Assembly: GCA_963823665.1 (NCBI GenBank) | Contig: CAWGMQ010000010.1 | Coordinates: 672,001-736,000, forward strand | DNA: 64,000 nt | Source of the DNA: an uncultured Planctomycetota bacterium | GTDB lineage: Bacteria > Planctomycetota > Planctomycetia > Isosphaerales > Isosphaeraceae | Reading direction: 5' to 3' | Shown: in pieces, positions 43,731 to 55,042 of the stretch | Layout: the number at the start of each line of letters is the position of its first letter | Position numbering within the stretch: the first letter of the stretch is position 1 | Notes under the pieces: model-generated | The model's database searches: none | What the model saw: the letters and a program-made list of their open reading frames with translations, nothing else | What the model was told of the DNA's origin: nothing | Position numbers and translations under genes: made by a program

Positions 43731-44417
43731 CTACCACGCGGAGGCTTCCGAGGCCCCCGCGCCGACGAGCTCGAGCTCGTCTTCATTATCACGGCAGGTG
43801 CCGGAGTCGCACCATTCGAGCGGGTCAGCGACCGAGGTCTCGAGCTCGACCTTGAGCCGCTTCCGCGCCGTGTGCAGCCGCCGCTTGACGGTGCCCAGGG
43901 GCACGTCGAGCAGCTCGGCGATCTCGACGAGCGAGTGGCCGCGGATGTAGAACGCGTCGAGCGCCTCGCGATCCATCGACTTGAGGCGTCCGAGCGCCGC
44001 CCACACGTGCTCGGCCCGCTCGCGATCAATCAACTGATCGAGCGGCTCGTCGCTCTCGAGCGAGGCCCCTTCGAGAACACCGGCCTCGACCGAAGGCGGA
44101 GCCACCCGGCGCGTGGCGCGGTTGATCGCCATACGCACCGTGACCTGGCGCAGCCAGCCGGCGAACCGCTCCGGCTCGCGCAACTGCGTGATCCGCTCGA
44201 GCACGTGCAGGAAGACTTCCTGCGTCAGCTCGAGCGCATCGCTGGGGTTGCCCAGCCGGCGCAGCGCGATGGCGTAGACCGTCGGCTGGAACTGCTCGAC
44301 CAGGGAGCCAAACGCGTCGCGGTCGCCCGCTTGCGCCTGGCGGACGAGCACCGCCAGCTCGGCCCAGGCCGTGACATCCCGATCCAGAATCGTCGACGTG
44401 AGGAGCACTTGATCCAC
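43731..44417 (-). CDS. ECF RNA polymerase sigma factor (RpoE-like)
   Basis: AQAGDRDAFGSLV, DALELTQEVF, FAGWLRQ and EIAELLDVPLGTVKRRLHTARKRL. Confidence 0.93.
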   Translation of the reverse strand: MDQVLLTSTILDRDVTAWAELAVLVRQAQAGDRDAFGSLVEQFQPTVYAIALRRLGNPSDALELTQEVFLHVLERITQLREPERFAGWLRQVTVRMAINRATRRVAPPSVEAGVLEGASLESDEPLDQLIDRERAEHVWAALGRLKSMDREALDAFYIRGHSLVEIAELLDVPLGTVKRRLHTARKRLKVELETSVADPLEWCDSGTCRDNEDELELVGAGASEASAW

Positions 44418-45508
44418 CTTCCCCGCCAGGGGTTCTCCCGCTTCTTCCGCCGCAAGTCCGGCTTCTCGTGCCGGATTGAAAATGGGCGGAAAAGCGTGGC
44501 CTCATGAACGTCGTCACGCTCGGCGCTTGATTGATCTTGATCACGCTTTGATGTGATGCTCGCCGGATCGACCGATCCGGAAAACACCAGCATCGAGATC
44601 CGCGTGGGATCAACGGCGCGGCGACTGTTGCGACGGCGCGTGTGCGGTGGCCAATTCATGCCCAGAAGGTCGGAGATCCGGTTCCAGGCCAGCCGCACGA
44701 AACCGATGGTTCGAATCCGTCTGTTGCCTTGGATCTTCGAAGGTTGAATCAAGCGGGATGACCCAGGCCCTTAGCGCAAGGACTTGGGGCTGCTTGCGAG
44801 CCACCTTCTTGCGATCACTCAAGCGGACGGAATCGGGCGATCGGTACTCACTTTCCGACGGTTGTTGCTCTCGCCAGGGCCGAGCTTGCTAAGCGGGCTC
44901 GACGACGGGCGGTGCGATCGCGATCGGTGGCGTTACTCGCAGCCACCGCGTCGCGCTATCGCCTGGCATTCCAGGCCGCGCCTCGCGGTGTTCCCGACGC
45001 AATTCGGTAGCGTCGGGAAGCGGGTAACTCGATCGTCCGGTCGCGGTTCGCACGTGTCGGCGAGGTCTGCCGGCCTCGGATCCGTCACGTCGCAACCTTC
45101 AACCGCCCAGCCGCCTTGTTGCCACATCGCGCAACTCGGTTGCTGGACCTGAACCGGGGAAATTGAGCCGGGAATGGACGGCATTCCTGGTTTCGATTTG
45201 GGTTTCGAAAAGGAATACTGCACCACTCCCTCACGCATGACGTCATGATGGGAGTTAAGGATGTATAGGGTCTGGCCATCAAGGTTGACGTCCGCAATAG
45301 CGGCGCGCGACCGCGTCCCGAGATTCAGCCCGTTGGAAAGTACCAAGGCCGACAGCGTCAGGTTCTTGCGGCTCAACATGGCTATGACCCTCACATCCGC
45401 CTGAAGGGGCGGGATCGTGTGATGACGCAACAGCCGAGCTCCAGAATGGAGCGAGCGGCCGTCGCATCATGGGGATTTGGGCGACTTAACGCCCTGGCGA
45501 TTACCGAG

Positions 45509-47195
45509 TCATGGGCTCCGTTCTGGCTCCCGAGACATCGATGCGACCGGGCAACGCGCCCGATCTTCCAGAACCCAGGCCAATCGGCCTGGGATACCAG
45601 GTGGTCGATTGCCGTCGGTTCGCGGGTGCTCTGCACCCAGTCGCAGCACGCGCCACCTAGTGGTACCGAGTATAGACATCCTATCGCCGTTTTGTGTTCG
45701 CGCGAAATTCCAAAAAATCGGATTTTCCGTTTTCGGGACGTTCCGAATTTGACGTGCGACGGTCAGTTTCGGCCCTTCGTGCACGACCTCAAAGCCTTGG
45801 TCCAGCAACACTTTGAGAAGAGGATAATCGTTTCGGACGAAGAGCCAGCGGATTCCGGGATCGAGTTCGGGATAGCGCATCGGCAGGTTCCAGTTCACGA
45901 GGTAGCCGTAGAGTCGCCGGCGGGACGAAAGTGACGCGGAGACCAGATGGTCAGCGAGCACCCCATCGTCGGGGCCGACCTGTTCGATCGATCGCCAGAG
46001 CTCGGCGGCTTCGCCCGCGGCGATTGGAATCGGGATGCGGTCCATCCGCGACTTCATGGCGTACGTGCCTGCGGCGCCCGAGGCGCAGAGTATCGCCCAG
46101 GCCAGCGCGGCCCACATGACGCCGCTGCGGCGCTTGAGGATCCAGGTTCCCGCTCTCGCGTAGCCGATCAGCCCCGCCGCGAGCACAAGCGCGGTCATGG
46201 GAAGAACGTAGCGCACGTGGTGCCAGTCGGCGGTCGAGAGTGAATCGATCGACCACTCGCCGCTGCACGGGCCCCAGATCCACGGCAGCGCAAGGATCGC
46301 GACCCGTGGCGCGAAGCAGGCCAGAATCGTCCACATCCCCAGGCCGTACGCGAGGGCTTCGAGCGACGTGTGAAGCGTGGCGGGCAGCGCGGCCTTCTTG
46401 ACCAGGAACTGCTGGATGTAGAACGCGGGCGCGTTGCTGCCCACAACAAACCGCAGGTAACCGAGAAATCCAAAGAACAGCCATGAAAGTCCGGCAAACA
46501 CGATGACGTGTCGCCATCGCAGCGTCACGCGTGAGCGGCTCGGGCACGCGCGGAGGGATCAAGGCGAACGTCGCGGCCATGACGGCGAATTCCTGGCGGC
46601 AGGCGAGCATCCCCGCGATTCCAAAAATCGCTAGCGGTGCCGACCGGCTCCGAACCCCCTGAACGGCCCACACCACGAAGGGAAGGGCGAGTTGAAGCTC
46701 GCGGAAATCGTTGAGGGCGAGCGGCCAGAGCAGGGGGGTGAGCGGGACGATCGCTGCGGCAGAGACGCCGAGCCATCGCGAGCCCGACTCGGAGCGCACC
46801 AGCGTGTAAGCCGCTGGAACGACCAACCAGAACATGATGTTCTGGATGATCAGGAGCGTGCGCGGGTCTGGGAACAGGCGGTAGACCGGTGCCAGTGCAA
46901 AGCGAATCGGCGCCAGGTAATTCATCTTCCAGACCGACGGCCCTTCCTCGGCGTATCGGGACAAGGGCCGGACTGTTATCTCACGATCTCCGCAGGTGAG
47001 CGCCCAGAACCACTGGTTGTAGTAAGCCAGGTCCCAGGCCCACCCACTGCGGAATTCGTGGTAGCGATTGAGCGACTCACGCGCCGAGATGAGCGTCATC
47101 GCCACGGTGATTGTGGCGACGATCAGCCAGCAAATCGCTCCGGGGCGACGATCATTCGACGCATCGCGCACGGCTTGGGCAGCCTGTTCCAGCAC
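45509..47195 (-). CDS. DUF2079-like integral membrane glycosyltransferase-type protein (frameshift at ~46525; 3' end uncertain)
   Basis: WDLAYYNQW, LLIIQN, NDFRE, LACRQE and multiple TMs. Continues in ORF 45509..46528 (WHHVRY). Confidence 0.7.
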
Positions 47196-47201
47196 GATTG
47201 A

Positions 47202-47224
47202 GTAGGTCAGGCCTTAGCCTGACG
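47202..47224. repeat. GTAG-type REP palindrome
   Basis: GTAGGTCAGGCCTTAGCCTGACG, the same family as 17769, 36641 and 56418. Confidence 0.8.
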
Positions 47225-47259
47225 TTCAGGTCATTGCACGAACGCGAGCCGCGTTCCGC

Positions 47260-47348
47260 TACGCAAGAAAACAAGCACTTTCGCGGAGCGAAAGGCGACT
47301 CTGATACGCGAGAAAACAAGCACTTTCGCGGAGCGAAAGGCGACTCTG
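47260..47348. repeat. Two tandem copies (45-bp period) containing a CTTTCGC-GGA-GCGAAAG hairpin
   Basis: TACGCRAGAAAACAAGCACTTTCGCGGAGCGAAAGGCGACTCTG at 47260 and 47305. Confidence 0.85.
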
Positions 47349-47356
47349 GTTACCGA

Positions 47357-48346
47357 CTAGCCCCGGCCCATTGGCTTTGACGCCACGGAATTCACTGGGT
47401 TCCTTGGCGCCTCGCCCAGCAGGATGCGCCGGGTTTCCTCGGCGGTCTTGGTCCGCAGCTCGTTGTAGCCTTCGACGCTGTAGAATGCCGTGTGGGGCGT
47501 GAGCAGCACCTTTGGATGGTTTCGCAGCCGATCGTAATCGAGCGGCTCGCGCTCGATCACGTCCAGTCCTGCGGCGGCGAGATGGCCGCTGTCGAGGGCG
47601 TCAAGCAAAGCGGTTTCCTCGATGATCGGGCCGCGCGCCGTGTTGATCAGGATCGCGCCCGGTTTCATCCGGGCGATCGTTGTCGCATTGACCAGATGCT
47701 TGGAATTCGCATCGAGGTAGCAGTGCAGGCTCACGAAGTGGCTCTGCTCGAGCAGGTCATCGAGCGCATAAACCCGGCGGATTCCGAGCGCCTTGTCCAT
47801 GCCCTGCCGCAGATAGGGATCGTAGAAGACCACGTCGAGCCCGAACGCCTTCGCTCGCAGCGCCGCTGCGGTTCCGATCCGGCCGCAGCCCACCACGCCG
47901 AACGTCTTGCCGCGGAGCCGGGGTGCTCCCAGAGCCGTGCGATAATCCCAGTTGCCATCGCGGATCGCCTGATGCGAGATGACCAGGCGGCGCACAAGTG
48001 CCAGCAGGAACATGATCGCGTGATCGGCGACTTCTTCGGTGCCGTAGTCGGGCACGTTGCACACGACCACGCCGTGGCGGCTCGCCGATTCGACGTCCAC
48101 GTTGTTGAAGCCCACCCCGGCACGGACGACGCCACGGCAGCGAGGTGCGCGGGAGAAGCTCAGCTCGCTCAGAATCGATAGGTCATGAAAGAGCATGATC
48201 GCATCAGCCTGCGGGAGGAACCTCTCGAGCTGAGATTCCTCGGTCGCGTGGGCCATCACGAGCTGCGCGAGATCGCCGAGAACTGCCGATTCAATGGAAG
48301 TCTCGTCGAGGAAGTCGGCGATGAGGACGTTGAAGCGTTTTGACAT
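47357..48346 (-). CDS. D-isomer 2-hydroxyacid dehydrogenase (CtBP-like)
   Basis: VCNVPDYGTEEVADHA, GCGRIG, INTARG, GLDV.E.EP and TPHTAFYS. Confidence 0.95.
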   Translation of the reverse strand: MSKRFNVLIADFLDETSIESAVLGDLAQLVMAHATEESQLERFLPQADAIMLFHDLSILSELSFSRAPRCRGVVRAGVGFNNVDVESASRHGVVVCNVPDYGTEEVADHAIMFLLALVRRLVISHQAIRDGNWDYRTALGAPRLRGKTFGVVGCGRIGTAAALRAKAFGLDVVFYDPYLRQGMDKALGIRRVYALDDLLEQSHFVSLHCYLDANSKHLVNATTIARMKPGAILINTARGPIIEETALLDALDSGHLAAAGLDVIEREPLDYDRLRNHPKVLLTPHTAFYSVEGYNELRTKTAEETRRILLGEAPRNPVNSVASKPMGRG

Positions 48347-48379
48347 TCAATCGATTCTCCCAACGCGTGCGAGTCGTTT

Positions 48380-48835
48380 TTACCTTTTGAAGACGCGAAT
48401 CCACCGCGCCGCGACTTGACTGCTACGACGGCACCAGGCACCCAGTCGGCGCGGCACAGGCGGGTGAGCACGACGCCACTCGTCCTCGGCTGCCGACAAG
48501 AGCTTCTCCAGCCGGTCATAGGTGGCGCCGACGGCGGCCAGTGCCGCTTCGTGCTGCCGTGCGAGCGCGAGAAGAAGGTGTTCCGTCCCCACGTACGGTT
48601 TGCCGCGCAATCGGGCTATTTCGATGGCACCCGCGACGAGCTCCGTCTGGCCGACGGAAGTGCGGTCTTCGGGGAGCGCTTCGACGTCCAAATTGACCGC
48701 GGACAGAAGCGTCGCGGCGAACCCGCCCTGCTTGCCCGTTAGACCGCGCAGAACACCTAGCAAGTTCGACGTGGCGTGGCGCCGGAACGCCTTCCGAATC
48801 ACTGCGCGAGCGTTGTCCGTAAACCTTGCCATCAT
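48380..48835 (-). CDS. Clp N-terminal domain-containing protein
   Basis: RFTDNARAVI and YVGTEHLLLAL Clp-repeat motifs. Confidence 0.75.
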   Translation of the reverse strand: MMARFTDNARAVIRKAFRRHATSNLLGVLRGLTGKQGGFAATLLSAVNLDVEALPEDRTSVGQTELVAGAIEIARLRGKPYVGTEHLLLALARQHEAALAAVGATYDRLEKLLSAAEDEWRRAHPPVPRRLGAWCRRSSQVAARWIRVFKR

Positions 48836-48945
48836 CGGTCGCTCTCCGGTCTCCCTCCCGACGAAATATGGCTCATTGGCTCCGCAAAACCATCAGTGAG
48901 ACCGCGCATGACGCCGGTGTCACAGACCGCCAAGTCCCCCTCACG

Positions 48946-49188
48946 CTAATTTCTGCGCCGCTTCTCAGCTTCGTTCCTCCCCGGCTTGATCTCGAGGTCG
49001 GTCACGAGAAGGAGATCGATGATGTTCAGCGTATCGTCCGATTGATAAACGTTGATGGTTCGCCCGCTCGGGGCGGACATGATGAACTCCCGGTGCATCA
49101 CCGGTATCGAACGGCCGTCCGCCAGATGCATGACGAACGGTCGGAAAGGTTGGGCATCGTAGGCAGTGCGGATTTGCTCGATCGTCAT
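48946..49188 (-). CDS. Small conserved hypothetical protein
   Basis: MTIEQIR...QPFRPFVMHLADGRSIPVMHRE, a pattern common in planctomycetes. Confidence 0.75.
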   Translation of the reverse strand: MTIEQIRTAYDAQPFRPFVMHLADGRSIPVMHREFIMSAPSGRTINVYQSDDTLNIIDLLLVTDLEIKPGRNEAEKRRRN

Positions 49189-49277
49189 CGTAAGTTGGCT
49201 CTCGTCGACGAAATTCAGTCTTCCCCGAGACCTGATCGTACCACGACCGATGTAACCACCGCCACACGCCCTCACCG

Positions 49278-50127
49278 CTACACAGCGTTGAACCCCTCAC
49301 AGCTTACCAAAACGCGTTCACTCCCCAGCACCCCGACCATCACGTCACGCACTTCCCAGAGCTTTTCGAGGCCGTTCCATTCGCCAAATCCGGCGGCTGC
49401 GAGCAACTCGGCGAAGCCGGTGCGCTTGGTGCGGAGCCCGTTTTTTGATCCATCACCGATCAAGTAATGGTCCAGGATCACGCGGTCGCAGGCGCTATCC
49501 AGGCGGCGGGCGAAGGCGATCGGGTTTGACAAGGGCAAGAGCGGGCTGACCGTTGCCTGCGTCGGGATGCCACGGCAGCGAAAACGCGCGAGCGTTTCGA
49601 TCCGCCGCAAAGGGGGGCTGGCATGCCTGGGGAAAGCCGGAGGCAGCTCATCCCGGTCCGTCTCGACGGTGATCGAGACCCAAAGCTTACATCGCCGCGA
49701 AAGCTCGTCGATGATGTCAATGTCTCGTTCGATCAGCGTCGCGTGCGTCTGGATCACGAGCACGTCCGGCGGGCGTTCGAGCATTTCTTTCAAGACCGAT
49801 CGGGTGATCTCCTGAGCTTTTCTCCTGGGGAACATAGGGGTCGGTGACGCTACTCATGAAGATCTTGAGCGGCCGCGGCTCGCCTCGCCGCGGGCGTTTC
49901 AATCGATCGTAATCCGCCCGATAGGCTGTCGCGGCGTTCTTCTTGGCGCCGTAGAGTCGCCATGGGCGACCCCTCGTGATATTGCCGTCGTGCTGAGCAT
50001 AGCAGAACAGCCCGCAGATCGAGCCGGCAAAGGCGCAGCCGCTGTAGGGGTTGAGCGTGTGCGTATATCCGGGGCCGAGGAAGCCCCTCGTAGGACTTAG
50101 GATCGAGGCGTTATCGATCAGTTCCAT
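49278..50127 (-). CDS. Radical SAM protein, spore-photoproduct-lyase-like (frameshift at ~49815)
   Basis: LNPYSGCAFAGSICGLFCYA, IFMSSVTDPYVPQE, VSITVETD and QATVSPLLP. Confidence 0.85.
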
Positions 50128-50305
50128 TGAAAGGGCTACGGCGTTGGTTTGCTCCGGAATGGTCCGCGAATCGTTGAATTGTACCGACACTCCATCGGAG
50201 CGCACGACTTTGCGTTGGACCACATGCCCGCGATTTCCGTTAGAATGGACGCCCACGCTGATATCTGACCGCGTCCTACCGAGTTTCAGGGAGAGATCGA
50301 TACCG

Positions 50306-51085
50306 ATGCCGCGAATCAAGCAACTGCTCCGTGAGGGGAAGGTCGTTCGTTGTTTCGGCTTTGGGCAGCTTCTGGCTCCCAAGCTGGTGGCGATTCTGGG
50401 CGAGCACGGCGATTTCGACGCGCTCTGGATCGACTCGGAGCACGGCGGGTTGACCATGAAGGAGATCGAGCTGGCGACGATGGCCGCCCGCGGATACGGG
50501 ATGGACCACTTCGTGAGGCTGGCGGCGACGGATTACGCGTCGGTGATGCGCCCGCTCGAGGCCGGCGCAGGAGGCTTGATGATCAGCATGGTTCGCGGCG
50601 CCGCCGAGGCGGAACAGGCCGTGCGATGGGCCAAGTTCTGGCCCAGGGGCGAGCGAGGATTGAACGGCGGCAACGCCGATGGACGGTTCGGTCTGACCCC
50701 GCTGGCGGAATACACGGCCCGGGCCAACGCCGAAACGTTTCTGGGCATCCAGATCGAGACGGCCGGTGCGCTGGAATCCGTGGCTGAAATTGCGGCCATT
50801 CCGGATGTGGACTTGCTCTTTATCGGGCCGTCCGACTTGAGCCAGATGCTCGGGGTGACGGGCCAGTTCGAGCATCCCAAATGCCTGGAGGCGATCGAAT
50901 CGGTCGCCCATGCCTGCCAGCAGGCCGGCAAGCCATGGGGAATCTTCAGCCGCGGGCCGGAGTATGCCGCCCGGATGCGCAGCATGGGCTGCCAGCTCTT
51001 TGTCCTGGGAGCAGACATTCACGCCATGCATGCGGGAATCCGCAGCGTCAAGGAGCGTTATTCTGCCTTTTTCAAGCAGGCGTGA
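50306..51085 (+). CDS. HpcH/HpaI aldolase family protein
   Basis: WIDSEHG, P.GERG, IQIET and LFIGPSDLS. Confidence 0.93.
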   Translation: MPRIKQLLREGKVVRCFGFGQLLAPKLVAILGEHGDFDALWIDSEHGGLTMKEIELATMAARGYGMDHFVRLAATDYASVMRPLEAGAGGLMISMVRGAAEAEQAVRWAKFWPRGERGLNGGNADGRFGLTPLAEYTARANAETFLGIQIETAGALESVAEIAAIPDVDLLFIGPSDLSQMLGVTGQFEHPKCLEAIESVAHACQQAGKPWGIFSRGPEYAARMRSMGCQLFVLGADIHAMHAGIRSVKERYSAFFKQA

Positions 51086-51108
51086 ATGACGCTGCGTCCG
51101 TTTTTATA

Positions 51109-52686
51109 TCAAGGAGTTTCCGTCGGAATGAATTCCTTGCTTCGGTTCTGCTCGATGGCCGTCAGAACGCCGGTGGTCACACGCCGGTAGAGCGTGGGGC
51201 GGTGTTCTTCGGGGACCTCGGCGGCGATCCACTTACGGGCCGTCTCGGCGTTGCCTCGCCGGCCCTGTGCTTCGGCGACGGCACCCAGGGCGACGAACCG
51301 CAGAGCTGGATCGGGATAGAGCACGACGCACTTGCGGGCGTCCTGGAAACGCCCGCTGGCAATCAAGCTGTCCACGACGAAGCCCGCGAGCACTCCGCGC
51401 AGGCCGTCTTGCTGCACGGTCGACACGGCCCTGGCCGCTTCTTCGTACGAGGCGGTCGCGCCGTCGTTTTGATCGTCGCGGGCCTGGGCCTCCGCCAGCA
51501 GGAGCATCGCCTCGGCGCGTGACTCGCCGTTGGCGATACCGCGGGCGAGAGCGTAACCCCGGGAGTATTGCTGGGAGTCGGCTGCGAGCAAGGTGATCCG
51601 GACCATCGCGCGATATTTCCAGATCAATCGGTCAATTTTCGTGGCGACATCGAAGGCTTCGATGAGGATGTCGTCAGCCATCTTGCGGTATGTCTGCGTG
51701 TCCACGGGCTTTGGTCCGGCAGCAGCCTGGCGGGCACCAGCATCGCCTCCGGGGTTGCGATCGGCCGGCTTGGGACCCGCAGGCGGGGCGGCAGGAGCGG
51801 GCGACGGCGGGTTTTCCGACGGGGTCGCCGGCGCCGAGGACCTGGCAAACTCGTTGGCGATGCTGGCGCTTCCGGACGCCATGTTCTCGGCGACATGGTA
51901 CATCATCTCGTTGCGATAAGTCGGATTGCCGATGATCTCTGCGAGGTAAACAGCGCGCTTCCATTCGAGCCGTGCCGTGCGGATGAGGACGAGCGGGTCG
52001 TTGGACCCGTTGGGCAGCGCCTCGGGCTTTGCGCGGGGATCGACATTAGCCGACTCGTTCAAGATCTGACGCCCATGCAGCAGCGTGGCGTCGGTGAGCG
52101 CGGTCATCGTTTCCACAATCTTCATCAATCGCTGGTCCCGCACCAGCGGGATCGTCACTTCCGACGTCGCGGTCGTGGCTTCTTCCAGCAACTGGTGGGC
52201 AAGGAAAAGCTGCCGGCTTGCGATCGCACCGGCCGCGAGTCGCTGCAGCGCCAGGCTGCGCTCTTCGGGAGTCGCGATCATCCGGGCGTTCTTGAGGAGT
52301 TCATTGGTGACCTGCGTGGGGATCTTCTTGTCGAATGGCGCGCCCCCCTGTTCGAGCTGGATGAACGGGAGCAGATACGGGTCGTTCGGAAAGCTGACAT
52401 CGACGCCGGGGCCGAAGCTCGTTATCGGCGCACGCCTGCGACCACCCAGCGGCTGGATCGGAGGGCCGCGGAGGCCGTCGTCGCCGCTTCCTGGGCCTAC
52501 GCCGGAAAGCGAGCCGGATCGGTTGCGCTGCACGCCGGTTGAGTAACCGGAACCGGTGCCCGCCCCGCTGCCGGATGACAGACCCGGCCCCTGAGTCATC
52601 TGGGCACTCGCCGCGGAGGCCAGCCCCAGCACGAGGCACGACGCGAAACTCGCCGGCTTGCGAATCGTCTGTATTGCTTGAATCAT
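51109..52686 (-). CDS. Secreted hypothetical protein with helical (TPR-like) repeats
   Basis: Signal peptide ending ASAASA, Gly/Ser-rich linker and helical repeats. Confidence 0.75.
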   Translation of the reverse strand: MIQAIQTIRKPASFASCLVLGLASAASAQMTQGPGLSSGSGAGTGSGYSTGVQRNRSGSLSGVGPGSGDDGLRGPPIQPLGGRRRAPITSFGPGVDVSFPNDPYLLPFIQLEQGGAPFDKKIPTQVTNELLKNARMIATPEERSLALQRLAAGAIASRQLFLAHQLLEEATTATSEVTIPLVRDQRLMKIVETMTALTDATLLHGRQILNESANVDPRAKPEALPNGSNDPLVLIRTARLEWKRAVYLAEIIGNPTYRNEMMYHVAENMASGSASIANEFARSSAPATPSENPPSPAPAAPPAGPKPADRNPGGDAGARQAAAGPKPVDTQTYRKMADDILIEAFDVATKIDRLIWKYRAMVRITLLAADSQQYSRGYALARGIANGESRAEAMLLLAEAQARDDQNDGATASYEEAARAVSTVQQDGLRGVLAGFVVDSLIASGRFQDARKCVVLYPDPALRFVALGAVAEAQGRRGNAETARKWIAAEVPEEHRPTLYRRVTTGVLTAIEQNRSKEFIPTETP

Positions 52687-52824
52687 GGCGGGCTGATCCT
52701 TCGAGCTGCTTGGTTCAGGTCCTCGAAGAGAGAACCGGACTGCGGGCCGCGGGAGGTCGGGCCCGCGCGGCGACCGTGCTCGCGCCGCCGTTCCATCGAA
52801 AGATGCCTTGAGTTTGCTCCCAGG

Positions 52825-54144
52825 TCAAATCGCGGCTGCGGAACCTGCGCGAACTTCCGGGAAAATTCGTTTGGGGTTATCGATCAGGATGAGTTTGGCG
52901 AGATCAAGCGCCCGTTCCACCGGCCAGCCCTGGCCGCGGACGACTTCTTCCGAGAGCACATCCGCCAGGATCCGCCGGTACATGTTGAACTTGGGGGCGA
53001 TGAACTCGAGCTTGTACGCATCTGAATAATAGCCGAGAAGCTTCGTCTTGGGCAAGGCTTGGACGCGCGCCCGCAGATCGGCGGCGATGAACGCCGGCAC
53101 GTTCGAATACCACCAGTGGCCCATGGGCAGCACGTTGGGAAAGATCCAGGAATACGCCACCAGCTCGCCTGCGGCATCCGGCGAGAGTGTGGAAACCGGA
53201 AACTTGACAGCCGCGAAGTGATTGAACAAGTCGCGGTAGTCGTAAAGGCTGACCCGACGATCAAAGAGGTCGCGGCCCCCCGCGACTCCATTTGGATAAA
53301 CATTGCGGATCGGGCCGATCATCAGGTCAAACGGCAAGCAAAAATCGGCGCAGAGCTCGGCCACTGTCCAGAATACCGCGCACCGCACGTCTTCGATCTC
53401 GTCGCGTCTGAGATCCATCCCGTTGATCGCCTTGCGAATCGGGGTCGAGGCTCGCCGGTGCGGAGCGGGGCGCGGGGCGAAGTCCGGCGGCAAGCTCACC
53501 GCAGCCGCCCGGGCACCGCGGGCCACGAAGCGCTCGAAAAGCCGGCCGAGCGCCTCTCGCAAGCTCGTCACGTCGCCAATCTCCATGTCGAGTGCCGCCT
53601 TCAAGCGGGCGATTGTGCGCGGCTCGTGCAGCTTCAAGACCAGATCGTCGGTCCGCAGGCACGGGACGTAGGCTGTGGTGTCCCAGCCTTCGAGCGGATC
53701 GTCAAAGTCGTTGGTCAGAAAGACGGCCTCAAGCCCGCTTGCCCGGAACACCTCGCGGTCCCACTGCGGCCCGTCGCCGCTGTGGTCGGCCTTGCGCAAA
53801 AGCTCCCCCAGGTTCTTGGGGGTGATCCGGTCGTGCGGGAACTGGTGGAACGTACGGGCGATTTCCAGCAGCCACGAATACTGGATGGTTGAATCGATGC
53901 GATCGAGGTATTCCACGACCGCTGCGGCGCGGGCGTCCTGGTCGAGTGCGGGCGAAACGGCTTCCCTGGGCATCCCGGAGGAGTGGGCCAGCTCGGTATA
54001 GTAGTGATAACCGAGAATCTCCTCGAAATGGCGCGCGGCCGGCCGGTGAGGGTCGATGTGGGTGTGTGGGTCGAAGATCGGCCACCGCGCCATCTCGGCG
54101 AAGAGCTCGCCGGCACAGGTCTCGAAGCTTGTTGCGTGGTTCAT
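52825..54144 (-). CDS. Glucuronate isomerase (UxaC)-like amidohydrolase-fold protein
   Basis: PIFDPHTH, YHYYTEL, HWWY and YYSDAYKLEF..PKF.MYRRILA. Confidence 0.85.
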   Translation of the reverse strand: MNHATSFETCAGELFAEMARWPIFDPHTHIDPHRPAARHFEEILGYHYYTELAHSSGMPREAVSPALDQDARAAAVVEYLDRIDSTIQYSWLLEIARTFHQFPHDRITPKNLGELLRKADHSGDGPQWDREVFRASGLEAVFLTNDFDDPLEGWDTTAYVPCLRTDDLVLKLHEPRTIARLKAALDMEIGDVTSLREALGRLFERFVARGARAAAVSLPPDFAPRPAPHRRASTPIRKAINGMDLRRDEIEDVRCAVFWTVAELCADFCLPFDLMIGPIRNVYPNGVAGGRDLFDRRVSLYDYRDLFNHFAAVKFPVSTLSPDAAGELVAYSWIFPNVLPMGHWWYSNVPAFIAADLRARVQALPKTKLLGYYSDAYKLEFIAPKFNMYRRILADVLSEEVVRGQGWPVERALDLAKLILIDNPKRIFPEVRAGSAAAI

Positions 54145-54263
54145 ATTCGACTACCAAAGTCCATGCGCGCCGGGCGAGTGCCCTTGAATCGACAACCGCG
54201 ACCTGGCCAGGCTAGCGGGGTGCGCGCTCTCCCGCAAGAGTGACCAAAGGAGCTTTTCCCGTG

Positions 54264-55042
54264 ATGAACGTGGTGGTGACGGCAGGAGCCACGATTGCGC
54301 CGATCGACGACGTACGTCAATTGACGAATGTCTCCACCGGCCGCTTCGGCGCGGCGATCACTGAGTCGGCATTGCGACGAGGAGCACGGGTCTGGCACAT
54401 TTACTCCCGGTCGGCCGAGCTGCCGCTTCTGCGGTTTGCGCGGTTTGATCTGGACGCCCGCTCGCCCGAACTCGAGCTTGACCGTCTGGCGGAGCTCCAG
54501 AAGCAGTGGCTCGCCTGCCGCGATCGCCTCACGCGGGTTCCGCTCAGAGTCGGCAACGTGAGCAACTATTCCGACACACTTCGCCGCGTGCTCGAATCAC
54601 ATCCGATCGACGTGGTGATCCTGCCCATGGCCGTGGCCGATTACGAGCCCGAGCAAGAGGCCGGCAAGATCAGATCCGATCGCGAATCGCTGGTGGTGCA
54701 CTGCCGGCGCACGCCCAAGGTGATCAGCCTGGTTCGTGACTGGGCCCCAGCGGTTTATCTCGTCGGTTTCAAGCTGCTGTCGCACGTATCCGAGCAAGAG
54801 CTGATCCGCACCGCGGCGAGCGCCTGCGTGAGCAATCGCGCCCAACTCACGGTCGCCAATGACCTCGAGACGCTGGCGCGGGAAGGCACACGATCCATCT
54901 CGTGCGGCCCGGACACGAATGCGAGACGCTCGGACCGGGGGCAGATCTGGCCGATCGCCTCGTTGCCCGCATCTTCGACTGGGCCGCCCTATCGCGGCCG
55001 GCGAGCCACGTCGGGGCATTGCCGGAAGGTCTGAAGCCATGA
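54264..55042 (+). CDS. coaB: Phosphopantothenate-cysteine ligase (CoaB-like; frameshift at ~54885)
   Basis: VVTAGATIAPIDDVRQLTNVSTGRFG, MAVADY, TPKVI, LVGFKL and VANDL. The corrected frame ends with an ATGA overlap on the next gene. Confidence 0.8.

Noticed and set aside
47260..47348. Possible mini-CRISPR array
   Set aside because: Only two adjacent copies with no unique spacer and no cas genes. It is a tandem duplication of a REP-like unit.
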